NCBI GenBank assembly: GCA_934169575.1
Contig: CAKPOA010000002.1
Coordinates: 46,494-110,493, forward strand
Length of the DNA stretch: 64,000 bases
Direction of reading: 5' to 3'
Origin: an uncultured Clostridia bacterium
GTDB lineage: Bacteria > Bacillota > Clostridia > TANB77 > CAG-508
Shown here: positions 55,596-64,000 of the stretch, piece by piece
How the letters are laid out: every line of letters starts with the position of its first letter
Position numbering within the stretch: the first letter of the stretch is position 1
Notes under the pieces: generated by a model
What the model was told of the DNA's origin: nothing
Database searches by the model: none
Seen by the model: the letters and a program-made list of their open reading frames with translations, nothing else
Program-made: the position numbers and the translations under genes

Positions 55596-57036
55596 TCATT
55601 GTACCTCCCTCTATAAAATTCATTCCTTTTAAAACTGCATTTTTGCCATATTTCTTTTTTATATCCAAAATTGATTTTTGCAAATTCTTTTCTTTAAATT
55701 CCATTTCTTTTTGTTTTTGATTATAATCTATAAATAAATTCATTTGTTCAAATTTATTTTTATTTTCTGCCTCATATTCATTAACAACATTATTAGCTGT
55801 TATATTAATTCTCCTTGTTAACAAATTTTTATCAATTATTCTATCAAATAATTCTACAGCAGAATTCATTATTAATTTTGTAGATGATGTTTTATGTTCT
55901 AAATTTATTGTTCCATGTGCATGTTTTGGTACTTTTCTTCCATATCTATCTTCTGTCACTTCTCCTTTATAGCTGATATTTTTATTACTTAAATTATCAA
56001 TATCATATCCAACTGTAATAACAATTTGGTTTGTCACTAAATGCTTTTCTACTAATTCTAAAACCAAATTTTCAGTCATCTCTTTTATTATTAATTTTGT
56101 TTTTTCATAATCATATGGGCAATGTAAAACTTGACCTGAACTTATGCTATTTGTAGATGGTTTATATGATTTTATATCTTTCATTGTGCATGGTTCATAT
56201 CCCCAACTATGATCTATTAATAATTCAGCATTTATCCCAAATAATTTATATAATTTATCTTCATTATTTATTGAACATCTTGCTACATCACCCATTGTAA
56301 ATATTCCATTTAGTTCAAGTTTCTTAGCAATTCCTTTTCCCACTCTCCAAAAATCTGTTAAAGGTCTATGATTCCATAATTGTTTTCTATACATCATTTC
56401 ATTTAAACATGCAATTCTAACTCCATGATTATTTTCTTTAACATGTTTTGCAACTATATCCATAGCTATTTTTGCTAAATATAAATTAGTACCAACACCT
56501 GCAGTTGCAGTAATTCCTGTTGTTTTATACACATCTTGAATAACCTTTGTAGCAAGATCACTTGCTTTCATTTTATATGTATTTAAATAATGTGTTGCAT
56601 CTATAAATACTTCATCTACAGAATAAACAAATATATCTTCAGCAGAAAAATATTTTAAATATATATTATAGATCCCTATACTATATTTCATATATTTTTT
56701 CATTTGTGGTGGTGCAATTATATAATCTAATTCATATTCAGGATGTTTTTTTAACTCTGTTTCGTCATATGATTTTCCATTTAATACATGTCCTAATGCT
56801 TTATATTTTCTTTGCATATTTATTTCTTTTACTTTTTGCACTACTTCAAATAATCGTGCCCTTCCTGGTATTCCATATTTTTTTAATGATGGACTTACTG
56901 CTAAACATATTGTTTTTTCTGTTCTACTGCTATCTGCTACCACTAAATTAGTAGTTAGCGGATTAAGCTCCCTTTCCATACATTCAACAGAAGCATAAAA
57001 ACTTTTTAAATCAATCGCTATATAGATATTTTGCAT
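55558..57036 (-). CDS. Y-family (UmuC/DinB-like) translesion DNA polymerase
   Basis: The N-terminus IAIDLKSFYASVECMERELNP is the IMS catalytic motif. FVYSVDEVFID and TATAGVGTNLYLAKIA are also present. Confidence 0.88.
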   Translation of the reverse strand: MQNIYIAIDLKSFYASVECMERELNPLTTNLVVADSSRTEKTICLAVSPSLKKYGIPGRARLFEVVQKVKEINMQRKYKALGHVLNGKSYDETELKKHPEYELDYIIAPPQMKKYMKYSIGIYNIYLKYFSAEDIFVYSVDEVFIDATHYLNTYKMKASDLATKVIQDVYKTTGITATAGVGTNLYLAKIAMDIVAKHVKENNHGVRIACLNEMMYRKQLWNHRPLTDFWRVGKGIAKKLELNGIFTMGDVARCSINNEDKLYKLFGINAELLIDHSWGYEPCTMKDIKSYKPSTNSISSGQVLHCPYDYEKTKLIIKEMTENLVLELVEKHLVTNQIVITVGYDIDNLSNKNISYKGEVTEDRYGRKVPKHAHGTINLEHKTSSTKLIMNSAVELFDRIIDKNLLTRRINITANNVVNEYEAENKNKFEQMNLFIDYNQKQKEMEFKEKNLQKSILDIKKKYGKNAVLKGMNFIEGGTMIERNAQVGGHKG

Positions 57037-57104
57037 AATTCACCTCCATCAAATTATATTGTATCATAACATTTTGTTTTTGTAAACACTTGTTTGTGAA
57101 CTTT

Positions 57105-57143
57105 TTAAATTTTATTTAAATGACTCTAAGGCTGACTTGTAAC
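57105..57143 (+). repeat. Solo right-end fragment of the MITE-like repeat
   Basis: ...TTTATTTAAATGACTCTAAGGCTGACTTGTAAC aligns with the right ends of copies B and C (GGCTGAC-N-GTAAC). Confidence 0.5.
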
Positions 57144-57274
57144 AATGCAAAAGTAAATTCTATTTTTTCCCTAAGACCAAAATTTACTTTTTCAATTTTA
57201 ACTTTTTAAATTTTCTTGCATTTTTTCTTAAACATGATATACTATATTTATCTCTATTATGAAAGGAAAATGAA

Positions 57275-57931
57275 ATGAAAGTTTTATATGAAGATAACCA
57301 CATAATTGTTGTTCAAAAGGAACCAAATATTCCTTCTCAACAAGATAAAACAGGTGATATAGATATGCTTACACTTGTTAAAAAATATATAAAAGAAAAA
57401 TATAATAAACCTGGAGATGTATATATAGGACTTGTTCATAGATTAGATAGACCTGTTGGTGGTGTAATGGTTTTTGCAAGAACTTCTAAAGCTGCATCCA
57501 GACTTAGTGAACAGGTTAGAAACAAAACCATGAAAAAAACATATATTGCTATGGTTGATGGTAAACTCAAAGAAAAGTGTGGTATTTTAGAAGATTATTT
57601 ATACAAAGATGAAAGAAATAATATGAGCAAAGTTGTTGATAAAAATAAAAAGAATGCAAAACTTGCTAAACTTGAATATGAAGTTATTGATTATGATGAA
57701 AAAAGAGATTTAAGTATAGTGAAAATTAAATTACATACTGGTAGACATCATCAAATAAGAGTTCAGTTTGCACATTTTGGACATAGTCTTTTTGGTGACC
57801 AAAAATATGGTGTTAGAGGCCGTGGAAAACAAATAAGGTTATGGGCATATGAACTTGAATTTGTACATCCTGTAAAAAAGGAATTAATGATTTTTAGGAG
57901 TGATCTTCCTGATTGGTGCAAAAAAGCTTAG
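57275..57931 (+). CDS. RluA-family pseudouridine synthase (no S4 domain)
   Basis: Catalytic motif LVHRLDRPVGGVMVFA and TGRHHQIRVQFA. Confidence 0.9.
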   Translation: MKVLYEDNHIIVVQKEPNIPSQQDKTGDIDMLTLVKKYIKEKYNKPGDVYIGLVHRLDRPVGGVMVFARTSKAASRLSEQVRNKTMKKTYIAMVDGKLKEKCGILEDYLYKDERNNMSKVVDKNKKNAKLAKLEYEVIDYDEKRDLSIVKIKLHTGRHHQIRVQFAHFGHSLFGDQKYGVRGRGKQIRLWAYELEFVHPVKKELMIFRSDLPDWCKKA

Positions 57932-58052
57932 AAATCTTCTAAGCTTTTTTCTATACCTTTCTAAATTTTATATTTTAAGATTAATTTAATATTTCGGTTA
58001 TAATATTTATTTTAAAAAAATTTATATTTTTCAACAACTGTATTTAGATTAG

Positions 58053-58916
58053 TCATTTTTCCCATCTTCCATAAATACCGCAAGGCAAAATTAAGTTTGA
58101 ATTTTCCATAGGTAGTCCAATTTCACCAGAAGAAACTTTTCCTTTGAATTTCTTAGATATGGTAAGATTTAAAATATTGGCAAGTACAGTACTTGAAATA
58201 CCTGTTGTATATGAATTTATCAAGAAAAATAAAGGATTATCTGAAAGGACATTGGTACATAACTCTACTAAATCATAAATATTATCTTCAAATTGCCACA
58301 CTTCACCATTAGTACCTCTACCATATGATGGAGGATCCATAATTATTGCATCATATTTATTTTCTCTTCTTATTTCTCTATTTACAAATTTTACAACATC
58401 ATCAACAATATATCTAACTTTTCTTTTTTCTAAACCAGAACTTTGAACATTTTCTTTTGCCCAATTTACCATTCCTTTTGAACTATCTACATGGCATACA
58501 GATGCATTACTTGCAAGGCATGCAACTGTTGCACCCCCAGTATATGCAAATAAATTCAAAACTTTTATTTCTCTTTTGGAGGTTTCAATTTTCTTTCTCA
58601 TCCAATCCCAATTTACTGCTTGCTCTGGAAAAAGTCCTGTATGTTTAAATCCCATTGTTTTAATATTAAAACATAGATCTTTATATTTTATTTTCCAAAA
58701 ATCAGGAGTTCTTTTCTTGTATTCCCAATTTCCACCACCAGTTTTACTTCTTGTATAAACTGCATTTGCATTTTTCCATTCATTTGGAAAAGTTTTATTT
58801 TTCCAAACAATTTGTGGGTCTGGTCTTGACAAAATTATATTTCCCCACTTTTCCAATTTTTGACCATTTGCCATATCTATTATTTTATAATCTTTCCAAT
58901 TATTTGCTATATCCAT
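58053..58916 (-). CDS. Class I SAM-dependent (rRNA large-subunit type, RlmI/YwbD-like) methyltransferase
   Basis: VLNLFAYTGGATVA (motif I), IMDPPSYGRG (DPP motif IV), 287 aa. Confidence 0.75.
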   Translation of the reverse strand: MDIANNWKDYKIIDMANGQKLEKWGNIILSRPDPQIVWKNKTFPNEWKNANAVYTRSKTGGGNWEYKKRTPDFWKIKYKDLCFNIKTMGFKHTGLFPEQAVNWDWMRKKIETSKREIKVLNLFAYTGGATVACLASNASVCHVDSSKGMVNWAKENVQSSGLEKRKVRYIVDDVVKFVNREIRRENKYDAIIMDPPSYGRGTNGEVWQFEDNIYDLVELCTNVLSDNPLFFLINSYTTGISSTVLANILNLTISKKFKGKVSSGEIGLPMENSNLILPCGIYGRWEK

Positions 58917-58931
58917 TATTACCCTTTCAAC

Positions 58932-59144
58932 TTAAATACTTTTTAAAATATTCATAAAACTATAAACTAAAAATACATTTAAAACAAAACACATAATAAA
59001 AATTGTAATTGTTCCTGTAATTAATTTATTTGATTTTATAAACTTTTTCAATTTACTTGTCCACTCCTTTTTCTTTTTCACGCTTGTCTTTTCTAAAACA
59101 GAAGTATAACTTACATTAAACACATTATTTTTTGGCATATCCAT
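58932..59144 (-). CDS. Small hypothetical membrane protein
   Basis: 70 aa with one C-terminal TM helix. No family recognised. Confidence 0.35.
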   Translation of the reverse strand: MDMPKNNVFNVSYTSVLEKTSVKKKKEWTSKLKKFIKSNKLITGTITIFIMCFVLNVFLVYSFMNILKSI

Positions 59145-59192
59145 ATATATTCCCCCTTAATATATATATATGCCAAAAAATGAAATATATTC

Positions 59193-60557
59193 CTATTTTT
59201 CCAAATAATCTTTTATAACATATTTTCTCTCTTTGCCTTCAGGATCTTGCCAAATCATATAATACTCTGTTTTACCTGATGACATTTCCATATACATCTC
59301 TTTAAATACACAAGATATCAATTCTTCTCCATTAGAATTTATACAAGTATATTTATTATCTCTTTTTACAACGAGTGCATCATAATTTGGTATAACTAAT
59401 AAATCATAATTTACACCTTTATTTGATGTAGCCTTAGAACCTATTGCTTCATATTTTAAATCTGTAACTTGATGACCTGTTATATCAAAAAATCCCCATT
59501 TACTATTTTGTTGTACAGGTATTAATTTATTAAGTAACACATACCCAGATTTAATACCATTTTGTTCATATCCAGATAAATCTATACCAATTTTACTATA
59601 TTCAATATATATTATTACATTTCCATTAATATTTACAACACCATATAATCCATCTTTTTTAGCTAAATATAGCTCATTTTCATTATCTATTAATGTAAGT
59701 TCATCATATTCTGGGGATATTTTAGTTGTACCATCACTTGATATTATTCCGACTTTATTATTTTTCATAATTAAAAATGCTTTTTTGTGTGGAATATATG
59801 TTATTTTATCATATTTTGAGTCAAGCATTTTTTGCCCTGTTGAATAATTTACAACACCATATTGCCCATCTTCTGATTTTACTACCATAATATCTTCAAG
59901 AATAGCCTTATGGTTTTCTAATGAATCATCTAATTCTTTATATCCATATTGTGTAACTTTTGATTCTGCAGATTTTACCATTGTATCTAATGTGTAAAAA
60001 TCAACAATCTTCTTTTTAGCATTATATGAAATAGCTAAGTTAAAACCATTTTCTAATCCTTCATCATCTGTATATAGCACATCATCTTTTTTTAAAATTT
60101 TCTTATTTATTTTGCAATATTCATAATTTGAATCTTGAGTTTTTCTATCTATTTTATATATAATATTTGAATCAAGATTAAATACAGCTACTTCCTCTTC
60201 ATTTTGAACATAACAACTATCTGTATCTTCAGATACCATTGTATATTCTCCATTAAATGCTTCATATCCAAAATATGATGCAATTTCTTTGATAGGTGCA
60301 TATATTGAAATATTGCCACTTCCATCTGTTTCAACACTTATAATATTTTCTAGATTTCTATTTTCTCTTCCATTTAATTTCACAATTGTTCTATTAGGAT
60401 TATTTACTAAATAATTTATTGCAAGAATAAGTGCCATAATCACCAAAATACTTATTACAATTGATGAAATTATAATCCTTTTTAAATTTTTACTTCTTTT
60501 TTCTTCTCTTCTCATTTGATCTTCATCATATAAATTCATAAATACACTCCAATTCAT
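59193..60557 (-). CDS. WG-repeat (KWG-type) membrane-anchored protein
   Basis: N-terminal TM helix. Repeated motifs are YGVVNYSTGQ, VGIISSDGT, YGVVNINGN and WGFFDITGH. Confidence 0.7.
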   Translation of the reverse strand: MNWSVFMNLYDEDQMRREEKRSKNLKRIIISSIVISILVIMALILAINYLVNNPNRTIVKLNGRENRNLENIISVETDGSGNISIYAPIKEIASYFGYEAFNGEYTMVSEDTDSCYVQNEEEVAVFNLDSNIIYKIDRKTQDSNYEYCKINKKILKKDDVLYTDDEGLENGFNLAISYNAKKKIVDFYTLDTMVKSAESKVTQYGYKELDDSLENHKAILEDIMVVKSEDGQYGVVNYSTGQKMLDSKYDKITYIPHKKAFLIMKNNKVGIISSDGTTKISPEYDELTLIDNENELYLAKKDGLYGVVNINGNVIIYIEYSKIGIDLSGYEQNGIKSGYVLLNKLIPVQQNSKWGFFDITGHQVTDLKYEAIGSKATSNKGVNYDLLVIPNYDALVVKRDNKYTCINSNGEELISCVFKEMYMEMSSGKTEYYMIWQDPEGKERKYVIKDYLEK

Positions 60558-60562
60558 AAATC

Positions 60563-61696
<1,134 letters not shown>

Positions 61697-62317
61697 TTAA
61701 TTTGAAAAAAGTTTTAAACCTTGTTTTATTATTTCTTCTACAGATAAATTACTTGTATCTATTTGCTCAATAATTTTTTCAATATCTTTTCTTTGATATC
61801 CTAAAACTTGAAGTGCAGAAATAGCTTCATTTACTTTGTTATCTGCAATTATTACTTTATTAATCTGATTTTTCTGTTCAGTAGTAACTTCTGATAATTG
61901 TGCAATTTGTTCTTCTTTTTTTAGTTTATCTTTTAATTCTAAAACTATTCTCTGTGCAGATTTTGCACCAATACCTGGTATTGTTTTTAATGTATTTATA
62001 TCATTTGAAATAACTGCTATTGCAAATTTTGAAGGTTCAATAGCTCCAAGCATTGCAACTGCTGTTTTTGCACCAATACCACTTACTTGAATAATTAATT
62101 CAAACATTCTAAGTTCTTCTTTTGTACAAAATCCAAATATTTTTATATCATCTTCTGAAACTTTATAATATGTGTGTACTTTTACAACTTCCCCAACTTT
62201 TCCTATATTTTGTATTCCTATTTCAGACATCCAAATTTTATATCCTAATCCATTTACATCAACAACAATATATCCAATTTGTTTATCTGCAATTTCTCCT
62301 TTTATATATGCTAACAT
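61697..62317 (-). CDS. ruvA: Holliday junction branch-migration protein RuvA
   Basis: MLAYIKGEI..., HhH motifs (VSGIGAKTA, IPGIGAKSAQRIVLELK). I take the start as ATG 62317. Confidence 0.92.
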   Translation of the reverse strand: MLAYIKGEIADKQIGYIVVDVNGLGYKIWMSEIGIQNIGKVGEVVKVHTYYKVSEDDIKIFGFCTKEELRMFELIIQVSGIGAKTAVAMLGAIEPSKFAIAVISNDINTLKTIPGIGAKSAQRIVLELKDKLKKEEQIAQLSEVTTEQKNQINKVIIADNKVNEAISALQVLGYQRKDIEKIIEQIDTSNLSVEEIIKQGLKLFSN

Positions 62318-62395
62318 AAAAAATCTCATTCCTTTCTTGCTCTACAAAAGCATACCTAGTAATGAAAGATTTTATTTTCTTTCAAACTATTTTCC

Positions 62396-63646
62396 TTAGT
62401 TCATATTTTGTATAGCTTTTAAAACTCCTATTTTTCCATATTGATATGTCAAGCTTCCTTGCATATATGCAATATATGGCTTTCTTATTGGTCCATCACA
62501 ACTAAGTTCTATTGTAGAACCAGATGTAAATGTTCCTGCTGCCATTATTACTTTATCATCATATCCTCCCATATCACTAGGTTCAGGAGTTATAAAAGAA
62601 TCTATAGGAGATGCTGATTGTATCCCCTGACAAAATTTTATAAGTTTTTGTTCATCACCAAATTCTATTGTTTGTACAATATCTCCTCTTTTTTCATTAT
62701 ACATAGGACTTGTTTTATATCCTAATTTTTCTAATATAGCACTTGCAAAAACCATTGTTTTTAAAGCATTTGCAACAACACTTGGTGCAAAAAATAGTCC
62801 CTTTAAGAAATTAGAGTTTTGATTAAATGATGGTCCAATTTCTTTTCCAATTCCTGGTGCAGTCAATCTTTCGGCACATAATTCTATTAAATCTTTTCTT
62901 CCAACAATATAAGCTCCAGTTGTAGCAATACCCGCCCCTAAATTCTTCATTAATGAACCTACAACAATATCTGCTCCAACTTCAATTGGTTCTTTTTCTT
63001 CTACAAATTCGCCATAACAATTATCTACCATTATAATTACATCTTTATTTACTTTTCTTATTTCTTTTATAACTTCTTCTATTTGATTTATTGTAAGTGC
63101 TTTTCTTGTAGAATACCCAATTGACTTTTGTATTTCCACAAGTTTAACATTATTTGTTGATAATCTATCTACAATTTTAGAAATATCAAATTTATTTTTA
63201 ATTAAATCTATTTGTTCATAATTTATTCCATATGCTTTTAAAGAACTTTTGCTTTCAGTTTTCCCAATACCTATTACTGTTTGCAATGTATCATAAGGCT
63301 CCCCACTAATACTTATCATTGTATCCCCAGGTCTTAATAATGCTCCTAATGTTATTGATAATGCATGTGTTCCTGATATTAACTGACTTCTTACTAGTGC
63401 ATCTTCTGCCTTAAATATATCTGAATATATTTGTTCAATTTTATTTCTACCTGGTTCATCTATTCCATAACCTGTTGATGTATTAAAATGTGTTTCTGCT
63501 AAATTATTTTCTTGAAATGCTTTTAATACTTTCATACTATTTAATTCACAAATTTTATCTATTTCATCAAATTGTTTTTTTACATTTATTTCTATTTCTT
63601 GTGATAATCTTTCTAAATCTTCACTTATTCCAAAATCTTTATACAT
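62396..63646 (-). CDS. PLP-dependent YnbB/aluminium-resistance (methionine gamma-lyase-like) family protein
   Basis: 416 aa. ISGTHALSITLGALLRPGD, GSLMKNLGAG (PLP lysine region). Confidence 0.75.
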   Translation of the reverse strand: MYKDFGISEDLERLSQEIEINVKKQFDEIDKICELNSMKVLKAFQENNLAETHFNTSTGYGIDEPGRNKIEQIYSDIFKAEDALVRSQLISGTHALSITLGALLRPGDTMISISGEPYDTLQTVIGIGKTESKSSLKAYGINYEQIDLIKNKFDISKIVDRLSTNNVKLVEIQKSIGYSTRKALTINQIEEVIKEIRKVNKDVIIMVDNCYGEFVEEKEPIEVGADIVVGSLMKNLGAGIATTGAYIVGRKDLIELCAERLTAPGIGKEIGPSFNQNSNFLKGLFFAPSVVANALKTMVFASAILEKLGYKTSPMYNEKRGDIVQTIEFGDEQKLIKFCQGIQSASPIDSFITPEPSDMGGYDDKVIMAAGTFTSGSTIELSCDGPIRKPYIAYMQGSLTYQYGKIGVLKAIQNMN

Positions 63647-63695
63647 TTCTTTCTCCTTTTCTCCACATATATTATACTATATTGTTTTCATAAAA

Positions 63696-64000
63696 TCAAT
63701 GATAAATTCCATATTCTTCTACAATTTCACTCCAATTGGTGACTAATTTTGCCCCTTGTTTGATAATTTCATTTGTACCATATGAATTTTCGGAATTAAT
63801 ATTTCCTGGTATTGCAAAAACATCTCTTCCTTGTTCTAAAGCAAAATCTATTGTTATTATTGTTCCACTTTTTGCTTTTGCTTCAACAACTAAAATTCCA
63901 TTACACATACCACTAATAATCCTATTTCTTTTTGGAAAATTCGCCTTTTCTGGTTTTGTCCCAAGTGGACATTCTGAAATAATTGCACCATTCGAATTTA
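63696..64000 (-). CDS. dprA: DNA-processing protein DprA, C-terminal part (gene runs off the window)
   Basis: GILVVEAKAKSGTIITIDFALEQGRDVFAIPGNI is the DprA Rossmann-fold motif. The reading frame stays open upstream to the window end (..FPKRNRIISGM..). Confidence 0.85.
   Translation of the reverse strand, partial: NSNGAIISECPLGTKPEKANFPKRNRIISGMCNGILVVEAKAKSGTIITIDFALEQGRDVFAIPGNINSENSYGTNEIIKQGAKLVTNWSEIVEEYGIYH

Overview
This is an AT-rich, Firmicutes/Clostridia-like chromosomal window, transcribed almost entirely on the minus strand. All functional calls come from reading motifs and gene order by eye; no searches or folding were run.

Positions 1-25.7 kb and 57.2-64 kb are core housekeeping. 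They hold the start of the S10 ribosomal operon (rpsJ-rplC-rplD-rplW') with a consensus promoter and structured leader, then patatin, a LytTR regulator, holA, ruvC, a glycogen-debranching enzyme, a YvcK-like protein and a frameshifted murB. Next come a pilin-like protein, an NfeD/SPFH pair, a two-component system, MscS, sigA-dnaG, aspS, dus, rodA-minE-minD and thyA. The right end carries an RluA-like synthase, a methyltransferase, a WG-repeat protein, tgt, ruvA, a ynbB-like gene and dprA'.

The central ~31 kb (about 25.8-57.1 kb) looks like an accessory island. It is bracketed by two paralogous XRE + Spo0A-like regulator modules and by solo ends of a ~200-bp MITE-like repeat. It contains four things:

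1. A complete diversity-generating retroelement (target, MutS-domain-I-like gene, avd, TR, RT). All 19 TR/VR mismatches fall on TR adenines, and the diversified target carries a prepilin-type N-terminus.
2. My top candidate for something undescribed: a tightly coupled operon at 32.4-41.1 kb. It combines a stand-alone class II aaRS catalytic core, a degenerate ProRS-like protein, an MccF-like S66 peptidase, two SAM methyltransferases, an amidohydrolase, an SDR, a zeta-toxin-family kinase and a radical SAM enzyme. A strongly signalled 29-codon Cys-containing sORF with its own promoter and terminator precedes it. Decayed extra copies of metK and leuS flank it.
3. Nested IS debris: an IS21-family element with frameshifted istA/istB, an rve remnant and a possible IS256 remnant.
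4. A type I-B CRISPR-Cas locus (cas6-cas8b-cas7-cas5-cas3-cas4-cas1-cas2, 9 full repeats). Its leader-distal end abuts the IS21 element.

A YolD/Y-family polymerase pair closes the island.
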